Below are positions 1 through 15,500 of a DNA stretch of 64,000 bases, piece by piece (position 1 is the first letter of the stretch; every line of letters starts with the position of its first letter). The stretch is from assembly GCA_002245135.1 (NCBI GenBank), contig NGBS01000587.1, forward strand, positions 1 through 64,000, written 5' to 3'. The stretch comes from Proteromonas lacertae. Its lineage: Eukaryota. Below the pieces are notes generated by a model, which had not been told where the DNA came from, made no database searches, and saw only the letters and a list, made by a program, of their open reading frames with translations. The position numbers and the translations under genes are program-made.

Positions 1-1435
1 GAATATCATATAGCTTCTTAACATTTGGGTAAAAAACTCCATACATATTGTACCATATATTAGTTGATATCTTTTTCGAAAATATATCTGAAGGGCACTT
101 TTTGGAGTATGGTTTTCTTCTTTCAAAATGATATATCTCATTTAATGCTTTCTGATTTAAAATAGGGCTGAATTTAGATAATATATATCTTTATATATTA
201 TCCTTCTCCATGTCTGAAAATTTATGTTTACTGTTTATGTCTAAAAATTCATATAGAGCTAAAATGCTGTAGTTTGCATGTCTAGTCTCTTTTTTTATAA
301 TGTCTTTAATAAGTTCTTTTTCACTTGATGACCTTTTCATTAACTTTCTTTTAATTTTGGTCAATATTCTGAAACCATCATTTAATGTAGATGAATCTTT
401 GCATAATAAGTGTATATTTGTGGAAATATATTTTGCAATCTTGTAGCATTCTTTAATTTCTGGTATATCTTCTTCCTTTAATAATTTTATCTGTAATAAA
501 ATTTCTTTATTGAGTAATATTTTTCTAAATACATCGCTATAGCTTGACCATCTCGTATCACAACCCTTGCGTATTTGGATATTTTTTTGTATAATTGAAT
601 ATATAGTTTCTCTAATCTTTTGATTATTATTTAACTTATGAATAATGTCATTACACATGACTATCACTTTTTTGTATTTCTCTATTTCGAATACTTTTTT
701 ACTGATTAAGTTTAGGATGTGTGCTAAACATCCAAACTTTAATACAGGTCTATTTATTTTTTTCTCTAAAATACTACTTATCTTTTTCATGGTGTAGTTG
801 TTATCACTACTCACAGCAACAATGTTTTTAATATCTAGTTTATACTTCACTAATGTTTGAATTATTAATTCCACTATATTTTCTGATGTTTCTCGTTTAT
901 GTAAATAAATGGATTCCAAAAACGAAATATCACTGCTTTTCTTTATTGCCAAATTAATAACGTTTTCATTGGTTACTGATTTCCAAGCGTCCACAATTAT
1001 ACATATTTTACTGTTATCTACAATTTCCTTTACTATTCTTTCTGCTTCTTCGTTCATTGATGCTTTTATTTTGTTTATTGTTATTGACTTTGTAGTTGGA
1101 TTTAATGCATATATTAGATTTTTAAAGGATTTAGATTGTATGGTTCTGAAAGCTAAGTTATTTTTTATAAGATATTTGGTCACCATTAAGTTTATTGCAC
1201 GTTCATCATATCTCAATTCTGTAAGTTTTGATTGGATTAGCTTTTCACTACATCTAATTTAATAAATATAATAAATATATTTATACTTTTTGTAATGACG
1301 TTTCAAATTAGTGCAATGAGCAATAATCATTGCCTTGCACCTTCTGCATTGAATTCTGTTGTATTTTTCAAGGGGTTTCTTTAACACCACATCTTCATTA
1401 AAGTATCTATACACAGCATCTCTCGTTTTACCCAT
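1..1435 (-). pseudogene. hAT transposase (BED zinc finger, DDE core, start of dimerisation domain), disrupted
   Basis: BED finger AVYRYF..CRRC..TNLKRH; intron ~1254-1286; core motifs IVDAWKS, SSDN, CLAHILNL (CxxH), TRWSS; C-terminal WYNMYGVFYPNVKKL. In-frame TAA at 191-193 and a frameshift near 120. Confidence 0.8.
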
Positions 1436-2077
1436 ATACAATTGAAATGCAAAATGATAGCTCGAAATTCTCAAACCATTTTCTAAGTATTCAAATAATT
1501 GCTTGAAATACATTAAGTAGTATGCAAAATATACTAAATAGTAATTTTGAAATAGTTTTTCTATTAGTTTATGAAATATATTATGTTATTATCATAACAA
1601 GTACTATTGATTATCAATTAACTGAAAATACCCATTCTATAGCTATACTTCTTAATTATCTATATGATTATGTATAATATACAAAATTATTTATTATATA
1701 AATTACATTTATGTTCAGTGACGTCAATCACCTTGAAATGTACATAATGTATATATATGCATATCAGAATATGATATACAGTATGTATATTCTATATAAT
1801 TAGTATATATGCATAAACATATGATATTATATAATCATAAGAAAAGTAGATGACTATTATGTTATAATACACAATAATATATCCTTTTTAACATATGTTA
1901 GTATATCTAGATGATAATATGGAAAAGTTATAACAAAAAATCAGAAAAAATATACTACAGCATAACACATGCTAATATTACTATGCCCGAGCAGTAAGGG
2001 GCAGGCTTCTTTTCAGCTGAAAAAAAAGGGGCAAAAATAGGGCAAAATTCGAAAAGGACGCCCTTTATCGAACCCAG
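1..2077 (-). mobile_element. hAT-superfamily DNA transposon, decayed, running off the left edge
   Basis: Contains a transposase (next feature). The only GC-rich patch nearby (1983-2077) has repeated GGGCA/TGCCC subterminal-like motifs. On the minus strand the end reads CTGGGTTCGATAAAGGGCG, resembling a (C/T)AGGG hAT terminus. The other end is outside the window. Confidence 0.7.
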
Positions 2078-2215
2078 ATTTTATATTTTTAATGAAAAAA
2101 AACATAAATAATATTATATATATATATAACTATAATTCTATATTTCTTAATTTATTTAAATCTCAATAAAACTATACTCTTAAACATTTTTAATTGAAAA
2201 ATCAACAGGAAGAAC

Positions 2216-3676
2216 TTAATTTGAAAAATGACTATAATATATCCCATTACTAATAGATGGTTTATTCTCAATACTCTTAATTGCACTTCTACAATCATTT
2301 GAATAGGCTTGATGGTTGATACTTAAACAACTAACATCTTTGCTATTATTATTGTTATTAATCCCAGTTGTACTACTACTACCACTTTCTGTATTACCAT
2401 TTCCACTATCTTTACCAGTTTCTGATCTAGCTGATCTTAATGGAATTCCATTTACTGTCATTTTATTCTTTCTACTTGTTTGTAATGAAGAATGCTTGGA
2501 TCTGGCACTTAATTCTCTTCTACTCATACTTCCACTCTTTATGAAACTTGGATTTAATCTTTTACTATAACCATATCTTTGTCTTAAATGATATAAATAC
2601 ACTTCATTAGTAGCTTGAAAATCACAAGTTAAATAATCACAGTAATATGGGTTTGGTTTATGCTTGACTGCAACACGATAGAACTCTTCCCAACATCTCT
2701 CATGAGGTAATACAATTGTTGAATTTACTCTACTAACTCCATTTATACTACTGTAACTTAAAGTGTCTTTGTTATTATTTTGTCTGTATAATCGGTAAAA
2801 TGATCTTCGTTTGATGATTATATTATAACCTTCATAACTAATGATTTTTTCTATTAACACTATCTTTGATTCGTGAAGTGGTAAAAAGAGATTCTCACTG
2901 TTATTGATTAATTCATAAAATGATGATAATGATATATAATCGTTATTATCTCTTTCTACTATATTAAGCCACTGATTCACAAATTGAATCTTATTGGAAG
3001 CTATTCCTAAAGATCTGAAGAATTTCTTTACTTGAGATTCATTAATAACTCTGTTACTTTTAATATCAATTATGGAAAAGATTACTATAGTTATATATTA
3101 TATTTATTATTATTATACATGGAATGAGTAATTGATTTGAAAAAAATGTGAATATACAAATAAATTCTAAAAAGACACTAATGTCTACTTCTCCATCTAT
3201 TTAATTTTATAACAATAATTTAATTATACCGAAGGGAGCAAAAAATAGAGAAAATAATGGTATCTTTTGTAATCCAAGTGTCTCTAACAATGTATCTGCA
3301 GGTATATATGGCTGTGATTTGTTTTTTGACCACAGATTTAAATAAAAATATTGCCACTCAGAAATCTCGTAATTATTCACTATTATGATATAACAAAATC
3401 AATTTATACGACATAAACAGTCAAACAAAGTTCTACAATCATCGCTGATGTTTACCAACAAATATGAATGAGGACGATTCGTTTTATGAGCTTTAAAATA
3501 CTCTAGTCCATTATTCTACAGCAAATAATAAAATAGGGGAGGTATACGTATATTTCTAATAGCTCTTCCTCCATAAAAATTGAGTAATGATTAATTAAAT
3601 AACCAACCGACACTTTATTCGTTATTGTATTTAATGGAGATGGTGAGTCTAAAAACAGTGAGATCATACTCAACAT
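2216..3676 (-). CDS. EF-hand calcium-binding protein with low-complexity C-terminal tail (multi-exon; start approximate)
   Basis: Joining exons across four GT-AG introns (~3086-3550) gives EF-hand-like loops DGEVDISVFLEFI, IDIKSNRVINESQV and DNNDYISLSSFYELI. Confidence 0.55.
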
Positions 3677-4113
3677 ATACTTATAGTTTTATATAATGTA
3701 ATAAGACTTCATTTTTATAAATATAAATCAATATTCAGAAAAAGTAAGAAAAATAAATAAGTATTAGAGCCACAAAGCTTTTTAATAGCATGTTATATCA
3801 ACAATGAAACAACTGTAACTCATTTTCATTCTGGCGATCTATATTTGATAATGCATCTTTATGAAGGTATTGGTGTTAAGCGTATAAAATAAATAGCACA
3901 ACGATTCTTTTGATTTTTTTTGACATAAACATAATCATTGAGAGAGTTACAGGTTATATAGATTAAACAAATATATTAGCTAAACGGCACTGTGACTGTG
4001 AGTTAGTTTCGATTATTTAATTAGTGTCGTTTAAAAAAGAAAAAAAAAAAAAATAAGATTGAAACCACAAGCCAAGCTATTCAAAAAATATCGTTTTGAT
4101 TAGAAAAGTGTAA

Positions 4114-6487
4114 ATGATAATATATAAGAGGATAAATATATTTCTGATAACATTTGTATTATTAGGAATGGTATATTCAGAGGATATTGGCTTTATATGT
4201 GAAGATCAGACTGATGTTTTAAAGACTGACATTGAAAGTTATATAGCGAAAGAAGGCAAAGGCTATGAATTGAAACCTGAAAATATTAAGATATTATCAA
4301 TACCAATAGATGTTGATTCTTTAAACTCCACATTAACCGAAATTGCCAAGAAGAATATTAGGTACATTTATGCGCATTTACCATCTTTTCCATTGGATAA
4401 GGTGAATATCATAGCTGCATCAAATGGAGTGACAATTTTTGTTCCCCAAAATGATTCAAGTCATCTTTGTCTTGAAAATGTAATATATGGATATGATAGA
4501 TGTCATTCAGCATATAGTTGTATGAATATATACTAATTTATATAATTATTAGATATTGATCATATTAAAGGTAGATATAGAATGAATATAATCATTGGTG
4601 AGAATAATGAATGTAATGTAAAGTTAGTAAAATATGTTTCTCAATTTGGTAGTCAATCATCATATTCATTTCTTGCTGATTATGATAAAGACATTTTAAA
4701 AGCTCATTTAGAAGCTGTTTCTGGTAATATGACATCAACAAATATGACATTGAGTATTGCTATATATAATATGTATGCAATTAATGAAGATATTATGACT
4801 ATATATAAAGATACATTTGACACTTTTGATGATAAGAAGTTGGTTAATTTCGTATTTGATGTTGCTCAACTTACTGCATATCAAGCTTATACTAATATAG
4901 ATGAGACAATAGAATTTGTAGGTGAGGAATTAAACAATGAAACAAGTCTAAAAACTGCATTAGATGATAATTTCGGTGTAGCAAATCATATTAATGGATA
5001 TACTAGTATAGAAATAGAATTGTATATTATAATTATAATTATGAATGTATAGTTATGGATTGTTAGAATTATTATCACAAAAATTGATTGAATTAGAAGG
5101 TGCTTCTGTTGAACAATTAAGATATGCATTATTCAATAAACAAGTAGATGCAAGTGGTTTATTAATAACAATGCTTCCAGATCATCGGGTTATTTCACCA
5201 TTATATTCAGCCTATTATGATAAAGTAACAGATACATCAAATCCAGAATGGAAATATGAAAAATTAGATATAGGAAATACAATGCCAACATCTCAAGTAT
5301 TTGGACAACCACTCAATGTAACTTGTGATTTATTCACATCTAATGATTTTATACCATTAGAAGGCTTCTTTATGGTTTTATCATTCTATGGAGGTAATAA
5401 TCCACGAGGTTATTATGAATCATTTACATTGAATGCTGCATTAGCTGCGATTAAAGATATTAATGATAATGGTGGATTATTAGAACGAGAAATAGTTCCT
5501 ATATTTATTGATGGTGCTTTAAGTGATAATGAATATATTACTTTATTGAATTTATACCATGAACAATTTGATATTTCTATATTCTATATATCATTGCAAA
5601 TAGCTGATGTAATACAAATTGATAAGTGTATATATATATAAACATATTTTATATAATCTAATAGTATTTAATCAGAAAGAAATATGGATTAATATTCAAA
5701 CAACAGGAGGTGAATTCTGTGAAACAAATATTATGACTGGTGCAATTCCTAATTCTGCATATTTTCAAAGATCTGTTTTTACTGTTTTAACAGAATATTC
5801 AAACGTGTTTGTTGTATATAGTAATGATCGACTTGGATTAGATACAAAAACAGCAATTGAAGAAGTTGAAAAATCCATAAAAAATCTGAATATTGTAAAA
5901 ACAGAGTTAATGGTTGGAACTAACGTAGTGAATGGTGAGAATGTATTGAGTAAAATAAATGATGCTTGTAATGAATATGAAAGTATATACATTTATAATA
6001 ATAATATAATGTTATTAGGTTGTATGATTGTTTTAGCTACAGAATTCGTCTATTTAAAACCATTCTATGTTGCTTATTTAAATTCACAAATGAGAAATGC
6101 CACAAGATATCCAATTATGTCATTTGCTTTAAATGAAGTTTTAATTGATGAAATTGTGAAAGAAACAAATAAATCAATGGAAGGTCATTATGTAATGGGT
6201 TATTATTTTGATTCAATCACTGATTCTGATGAAAAGATATATTTCAAACAAAATGTTACATCAATGTATAACGGTTATAACAATTTGAAATTTACATCAC
6301 AAATGGCTTTATCTTATAGTAATATTTATTTAATGAAGAATGCAATTGAATTAGTTTATACCGATAGTTATGATTCATTAAAATCTGTTTTTGGTAATAT
6401 CAAAGTTGTTGGACCAGGAGGTATATTACAATGGACAACTGATGGATTTGCTAGTGGAGCAATTAAACTAGGAATTGTATTAATATA

Positions 6488-6533
<46 letters not shown>

Positions 6534-9500
6534 TTATAGATAAAAAGTGATAATACAATTGGCATTCAAGATTCTTCCACTTATATTGAACCTACTCATG
6601 CATTTATTGATTTATCAAGACAATGTAGTTGGGATAATAGTGTTGAGATAACCAGAGAAATATATAAGATAGTATATCTGAATATATTTAATGATGCTTC
6701 TGATTTATATGCTTATTCCTATAATCAATACTTCAGTTTAGTCATAGCCATAATGAATGATGATTATAATGGCATTAATGGAAGATATTTAAAAGCAGTA
6801 AAGCCATTATTACATAGCATTGAAGAAATGGTTGAATATGTTAAAGAAGTGGGTAATGATCCTGAAGTATTAGCATTTATAGGAACTTCTACCAATGAAG
6901 AAAGAGAAGCAATTCATCCATATTTATTAGAATATAATAAATTATTATTTTCAGTATATGCTGTTGAAGGTGAACAAAGTTTACAGAATGTAATTCAGTT
7001 TGGAAGAATGCCACATCATTATATGAATAAAGTATTTGGCTATCATTATACTAAATATAAAGATTGTGTTGTTGTTGCTGAATATACAAAGTATATTATA
7101 TATTATATTGCTTTAATAGACAAAATGAGAAAATTGTAGATTATATAATGGCATTAGCAGGAGGAATTCAAATATTGAACTGTAAATCTAATTACACTAA
7201 TTCAACAGATGATATTGATGGATTTATAACAAAATTAGATGATGAATATCCAAATGGTGTAGCAATATACAGTTTGCTACATATGAATACAAGATATTTA
7301 TTGAGTGAATTATATGATCATAGTCTTAATAGCAGTAAATATCCAGTAACAATTTTAGATATTGTAGAACCAATGTTAAGCAAGTATTCAGGAGATCCAA
7401 AAGAGATTGAAGGACAATATTTTGTAGTTTCTTTTACCTATTTATATGATAGTGAGAGTAATATTGCTTGGAACAATTTCTTAAGAACTAAATATGGTGA
7501 ACCTTATTATTTATCTGTAGAAGTTTCCTATGCAATGTATTCAGCACTTCGATTCTTAGGAGCAGCAATAGAGAATTCAGGTTCAACAGATTCATCAACA
7601 GTAAGATTGGAGATGTATAGAACAACAATCGATTTACCATTAGGAGCAACAAAAGTAACAAGAAAGAATATGGCTGTTATTGGTTCATTTCTAATGCAAG
7701 TTCTACCTGATAGACAATTTAAAATAACTCTTAGTATTACAGCTTTAATAGATACTACTCAATATTCTGCATTATTGTCAAGTAATGGCAAACAATATGA
7801 ATGTGATTATTCAATAAGTAATGAAACTACTGAATCTGATTTATACAGATATGCATTGTGGATTAAATCTGATTCAGAAAATCTACAATTTATGTTGAGT
7901 TATTATCAAAATGTATTGAATTCAGATGGTGGTAATTCTGGAAGACCATATGTATATATATTATTTTTATTATATTCAAATAGTCTATGATAAAAGTATA
8001 TTGTGATGATGAAGAAGGATTAGAAAAATCATTAAAGGATGATACTATTTCATTTATAATAAGTCAATGTGGAAATTCAACCAATGCATTATATAATGAT
8101 GATTTAAAAGAAAAGGGGAAAGTAATGTTATCTACTCAGAATGAAGATACTGGTATTTGCTATAGTAATATCATTCAAGTCGGTTCATCTCCAGCTCAAA
8201 GAACAATTGCAATGATTCAATATTTAATTGATAGATATTCAACTCAGTTTGTATTATTTCTACCAAAAGGATTTGAAGATACAGCTGAATATAAACTACT
8301 AAAAGATTCAATTGAATCACAAAGTGCTGTTATTGAATATAAGGTTGTAGTTGATGGTAGTGATTTAGATCAAGCTAGTTTGAATCAAACAATTCGTGAT
8401 GGTTTAGCTTCTGTCAAAAGATATATGCCTTCTGGTGGTGTTATATTGAATTATTTAAAGGCAACAGAAGCAGATATTGTATTTCAGAAATATTTTGAAG
8501 TAATGTCAGTATATTATGAAGGAGCAACTGATACAACTGAAATGGCAAAGTCATATCCAATTGTTACTCCATATTTAAGAGTATATCAGGTATTACCATT
8601 ATATCTAAGAAGAGGACATTTGGCTAGAATCTATGGATTTGCCAATGAAGATACTAATCAAAAGATTTATACATTTAATAGAAATATACAAGGAGAAGGT
8701 GTTTTAACAGGTGAAGAAGCTGCAATATTAATGTTGTCTTTTGAAGCATTTATTTCTGTAGTTACAACAAAATCATCAAAATCATTCTTAGAATTAATTC
8801 AAACTATACCTCTATCAACATCATTTGGTGAGTTGAGAGTAGATACTGACAATTATTTATTACATCAAATGTATATAGTAACTACTGAAGGTGATGATGT
8901 TAAGATATTAACTGAATTGTATCAGGAATATCCAGCTAGAACTTACAGACAATGGTTTAATGTTTATTTAAGTTTTGATATATGTAATATCGTCACTTCT
9001 AATTATCATGAAGTAGTTAATCCAATTCCATTATTAATCATGATTCCATTAAATGGAGCTTATACAATGCATGGAACTGACATGGTATTATCATATTTAA
9101 CTACAATTGATTATCTTAATGATAAAGATAGAGTAAATAATAGAATATATTCACCAGTAGTTATAAATACTCAATTTGATTCAGCAGTTGCAATTGAATA
9201 TATAAATTTAGCAAGAAATGTATATAAGACAAGAATGATATTTGGTATTTACAGTTCTGAAATTCGAAGAGATGTTGAAGAAGTGTTAAGGAAAGAAGAA
9301 TTGTTATTATATTATCCAGTTGATTATGAAGGTTTGGAATGTAAAAGAAATATATATTATACTGGTATTCCATTTGGTTCTAAAACAGCATTTGTTCCAA
9401 TAGTAAGTCAAGATTATGGTTCTGCAGTATATATTGTATATACTGATACTTATATGAATCAAAAGATGGCTGCTTCTATTAGAGAGTTATTTGACGAAAG

Positions 9501-12500
9501 AGGTGTAACTGTAGTAAATAGTGTTGAAATACCATTAACAGGATATACAATGAAATCTATTTTGAATATCATAACATCTGAATTTAGTAGTGGTGCAATT
9601 ATATCTTTGTTAGATGGACAAACTACAATTGATTTTATGCAGGAATTATATGATGAAGGTTATACATCTACTACCTATCGTGTTTTTAATATGTATTTAA
9701 GACATATGGATGTGATGAATAACTTGGAGATATTGAATGGACATTATCATTGGCAATCTTTCTATGAAATAGCTGAAGATTTATTTAATGAGACAAATAC
9801 ATTACATAAAATATCCAAAAATACTTATACACATTATAATGAAATATCTGAATTAGTTCCATCATGTGTATTGTCAATGTTATTGAATCATTATGCTGCA
9901 AAGAGTATGAAATGGAATGATAGTGATCCAATTGGTTATTCATTTGATGATTTATTAAATGCTGTTCATAATACTGTTATTGAGGAATATCCACACCTTA
10001 AACCTTCAGTTAGTAATCATATTACATATTCATTTGCTATGTATCAAGTATTAGATAAACAAATAATTAGACTCTATCAATACATAAGTCCAGGTGCAAG
10101 TAATCCATATCAAACTAGGCTTGATTGGGAAGGTTCTTATTACTGTTTATTTAATAATGGATTAGAGATAGAGAAGGAAAGACTTCATACTTATGTTGTT
10201 GGTTTGTTATTCTCAATTAGTGGATCATTGAGAGATTTTGAATATACTGCTGTAGAAGCTTCAATAGCAGTTGTTAATGAAGTTAATAGAAAAGGTGGAA
10301 TTAATGGTAAATATTTGGATTATAAAATATATGATACAGAAAGTACAGCTGAAGGTGGTAGGAAAGCTGCATTAAAGGCAAAAAATGAATGTGTAGATGT
10401 ATTTATTGGATGTTTTTTAAATGGCTGTAGATTAAGTGCAACAGATGCATTAGCACCATATAATAAGACAATTTGGTATCCTGGTATTTATGATGGTCAA
10501 GAATGTAATAGAAGTACTTATTATACTGGATTAATCCCAAATCAATTTATGGATCAAATGACTAGTTATATAACTGGAAAAAACTATAAGCAAATCTTGT
10601 ATTTAGTTGGAGATACAGGTACTTATGCAGCATTTATATACAATATTACTCAAGTCAAAATTGGTAATTCATTCCAGCTGTATAGTACTTATGGTGTTAC
10701 ATCTTTGGAGATTCAAGAGATGGTTGTTGACATAGTGACAAAAATGCCAGAAGGTGGTACAATCATTTCGACATTTTCTGAAGCTGAATTTAGAGTATTT
10801 TTGCCTTCACTAGAATCAAATATATTTCTAGAAAATGCATATCAATTAATAGTATTAAATATTGATTCAACAGTTGTAAATTCAATTGATCATAATGGTG
10901 TTATTGATATAATAATAGTTGGATCATATTTTGATAATTATATCAAAGACAATAATTTCTATCAAGCTGTATTTAATGAAACTGGCAGAACTTATAACAC
11001 TATGTTTGCTGAATCAGCAAGTATTGCTATTAACTTATGGGCTGCTGGTGTTGCTAAATTAAACTTATCCAGAGATGAAAAAATAGATGAAGCTGCATTA
11101 GAAAAAGCATTATTTAATACAGAAGTTGAATCTGGAAGTGGTAAAGTAAAAATGAATACTAACCATCATACATCATTATACGCATTAATGGCAAGATGGG
11201 TTAAGAATACTCATAATCTTGAGATTGTATTTTCACAATCACTATATCAAGATCCAATGGCTTGGAATTGGGATATTCCTGAAACAAATGGTTTAGTTTG
11301 TGATTATAGTAATCCAGATATTGGCGCTAAAAACAAAGTTATTGCTTTGAATATATTAGTTGCAATATCTCAAAGTGGAAATCATAAAGATACTGACACT
11401 GGTTTATCAAGTGTTGTTGAATTAGCCGTTTCAGATATTAATTCAAAAACAGGTGGTTTGTTGAATAAGAAGTTATACTTGACAACAGTTGATATTGCTT
11501 CAAATGATGAAATATGCAAGACAATAATTGAATCAACATTGAAACAAAAGGATTATGAAGTTATATTCACAACAGCATCGAATAAGTGTTTGAATTATAT
11601 TTTGAATTTACCTGAAACACGTTTTATTCCTGTATTCTTTATTGGATTTGCACAAGGTGAAATATGTGTTAAACAAATTATATATTCTTCAAGAGAACCA
11701 AGCATATTAGATAGAGCAATCGATATTTATTTACAATATGATGATGAATTAACAATGAGATATGTTACAGTTGGAAATGATGAGTTCTATTCTGTAGAAG
11801 GAATGAAATATGCTGAGAAATATATTGAATATAGAGGTGGAACTTGTGATAATGATAAAGTAACAAATTTCAAAATTGATAATACTGATTTTAAGAATAT
11901 AGTAACTTATATTAAAAATACATTTCCAAATGGTGTAACAATCTTATTCTTTGGTACAGTATCCAATCATATTGCATTTGATAAAGAATTAGCTAATAAT
12001 GGATTATCTATTGAGAAATACCCAATTATATCATATGCAACAGGTGAAAATATGATTGGAACTGGTGTAAGAGAATTCTTTACATTACAAACATACTTTA
12101 CATCAATCAATACACAAGTTAGTAAAGATTTTGTAGATATGGTATATGCTTATACAAAAGAAACAATCAGTGAATTAATGGAAGATACATTTGCTGTATT
12201 TAACATTTGGGCAGAAAGTGTTACAGCTGTTAGTTCTACAAATAGTACAATCTTAATGCCTGGAATTTATAATCGTCCTTTTAACTCACCTGAAGGAATG
12301 ATTCATATAAATACAAATAATTATTTATCTCATTATTTATTACTTGGTAAATTAAACAAAAATGGTGATGGAATTGATATTTATTACCAATCAAGTGTTC
12401 CAATCACACCAAACCCATATAAGAAGTTTGTGAATGATGGTAATTATATATGTGACTTTACAAAAGAGAATGTTGGATCTAAAAAGAAGGATTTAACTGT

Positions 12501-15500
12501 AACTGTTGGTGTATTTGTTTCACAAGATGGAAAAAACAAAGATACAGAAAGAGCAATGTTTTATGGTATTATGCAAGCAATCAGAGAAATCAATGAAAAT
12601 GGTGGAGTTTTAGGTAGAAAAATACTAGTAGAAACAGCTGATCCTAAATCAATATTAGAGAATTATATTAAACATGCTGAACATTTTGGTGAATTAGATG
12701 AAATTAAAGCTGTTTTTGGTGCTGGTAGATATGAAGATTTGATTTTATTAGCTGATATATTTAGTCAATATAATAAACCCTATTTCTATCCTGGTTTATC
12801 AGCAGGTAATATTTGTAATGGTTATACATTCGTTACTCAATTAACAACCAATCAAATTTCAATTGCCGTTAAGAAATATATTGCTGAGAAGTTTAGTGAT
12901 TATGTTATTATATACAGTGAAAAAGATGACTATTCTGTATTGTTGAGTAAATCAATATATTATACATTATCAGATATGGATGTGAATATATATGGTCCAG
13001 TTGATATGCATAATACAACTGAATTAAATAATATTATTTCAAATATTAAAATAGAAAGTACAGCAATACTTGTAGCTGTAGGTGTAGATGATAATGAAGC
13101 TATATTCAGTTATTTATGTGAAAATGGATTAACTGGTACTACAGGTAATATATATGCAAGTACATTGAATATAAATGTAATTAAGAAGATTGATAGTGTT
13201 TGTATTAAAGGTGCATATACATTTAGTAGTTTTATAAAAGAGATGGGTGAAGAGACTTCTGATAGAATGACATATCAATCATTTTCTAAAAATTTTATTG
13301 ACTTATTAAAGAATTCATATGGTAATTTTGTTGTAGTGACTCCAGCAACTGAAGCTTCATATACAGCTGTTAAATTATGGGCTGAAATTGTACAAAATAC
13401 TTACTCATTTGAAGCTGATCAGATTAGAAATAGTTTATATGGTTATTCATTTTCATCTCCAGCTGGTGCTTTGGAAGTTAATACTAATGGTTTTACTAAT
13501 AGAGTTGTGTATTTAGCTCAAGTTGGTGATAATGATGCATTATCGATTATTGATTATTCAAGTCAACCAGAAGAAGCATTAGCATTTGATACAGCATTCC
13601 CAGAAAATAAAGAAGTTACTTGTGATTTAACAGTAAGTGAAATAAGACAAAATGTTAGTTCAATAAAAGTGATATTCTTGCATGAAGCTAATTTTAATGA
13701 AAGGGAAATACCTGTTTTATTAGAAGAAGATGCAAGAGTGAAAGATTTGAATTATAATAAAGTAAATGGTTATCAAGTTGTACCTGTTTTTATATTTGGT
13801 TCTAGTGAAGCTGAATTTGATGAAAAACTAAAGAAATATGAAAATGACTCGAGTGTTGTTTCATTTATTGGTTGTAGAAGTATAGGATGTAGAAATGCAG
13901 CTTTAAAAATAGCTGAAAAACAAAAGAAATTATTCTTAAATCTAGGTTCAACAGAAGGTAATTATTGTAGTGAAAATATAATTAATTTTGGTACAACTGC
14001 TTATCAAAAGATTTCTATATCAGCAGATTATTGTCATGATAATGGAATAACGAAATTTTACTTTGTTGGTGATAATTCTCAAGAAAGTGAAGCTGAATAT
14101 GAGATGGCAAGTGCTTATGTAAAAGAGAAATATGGTTTTAATATTCGAAGTACTTTAATAGAAATTGATCCAATTACAGAAGATGAAGTTAAAAGAACAA
14201 TTATTAGAGTTACAACAGTGTCTGAAGATGATGAAATAGCAATATTCTTTGCTTTAAAAGATGAAAAGGCCAAAACATTTTTAACATATTTAAAGAATGA
14301 CAATCTCTTATCAAGATCAATGAAATTGATATTTATCAGTTATAGTTATTATGATTATGTTGGATATGATTTATCGTCATTTGATAGTAGTTATGTAGCA
14401 ATTAGTTTCCACCCAATTCTCACAAGTTCATTAGCTCAATCATTCATATCAGATACACAAAAGAATATTGGTTATAATCAGGAAATCACTGAAGAAATAG
14501 AAAGTGTAAAAATAGCAATCGATTTATGGAAAACAGCAATGGCTAGTAGTTACACTGATTCTAGTCAAAATATTCCTCCATTGAATTATATAAGTATAAA
14601 TATGATTGGTCAAGATATATCAATTCCAAGTGGAACATTAAAAATAGAAACAAATGGTTATGCAATTCGAAGTGTTTATTTATTAGAAATCAATCAGAAT
14701 GGTGAATTAAACCAATTATATCCATACAGAGGTGGTGCTACAATCAATAAAGAAGCTAGACCATATGTAAATTTACCTTCAAAATGTAAATTTGGTAAAA
14801 GTGATCAATATTTTGAATATTCAGTTGTGTTAGAAGCATTATACTTTGTATTTATGGGTATTGCTTCTGTTTGTAGTGTTGCATCCTTAATATTTACAAT
14901 TACTCATCAAAATCAAAGAATTATTAGAGCTTTTGGTAGAGCTTATTCTTATACAATGGCTGTAGTTTTATTAGCTTGTTCATTGTCAGCTATTCCAATG
15001 GGTTTACCTCCTTCAGATAGTAATAACATCTGTATGGCAAGACCAATAGCTTTAGCAATCTGTGTAAAAGCATTATTAGGTGTATTATTGTCTAAATCAA
15101 CAAAGATTTATAATCGTACAAAACGAAAGGCTAATATGGAATTGGCAAAGACAAGAATATCGTTAATTAGAGTGTTTAGCTTTATGTTTTCATTTGTATT
15201 AGTTGAAATAGTGATTGTAGTTTTATGGGATTTAATTGATCCGAATGAGTATCAAGAAACATACAGTCAGAAATATAGTACATACTTTGAAGATATTTAC
15301 ATTAGAGAATGTTCAACTTCCACTGCTTTTACTGTAATTGAATTAGTTACAGATGGATTAATATGTGTTTATTTCTTAGTGATTAGTTTCAAATCAAGAA
15401 ATTCTGCAAATAGATTTAACGATTCAATCGGTTTGTTTATTTCATCCTGTTTATTAACAGTATTAGGAGCAGTGTTAGTTGTATTAGATTTCAATATCAG

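Noticed and set aside
8000..15000. Bacterial contamination or a urea ABC transporter operon
   Set aside because: The UrtA-like domains lie in one intron-containing eukaryotic gene with a 7TM; no permease or ATPase partners, and composition matches the flanks.
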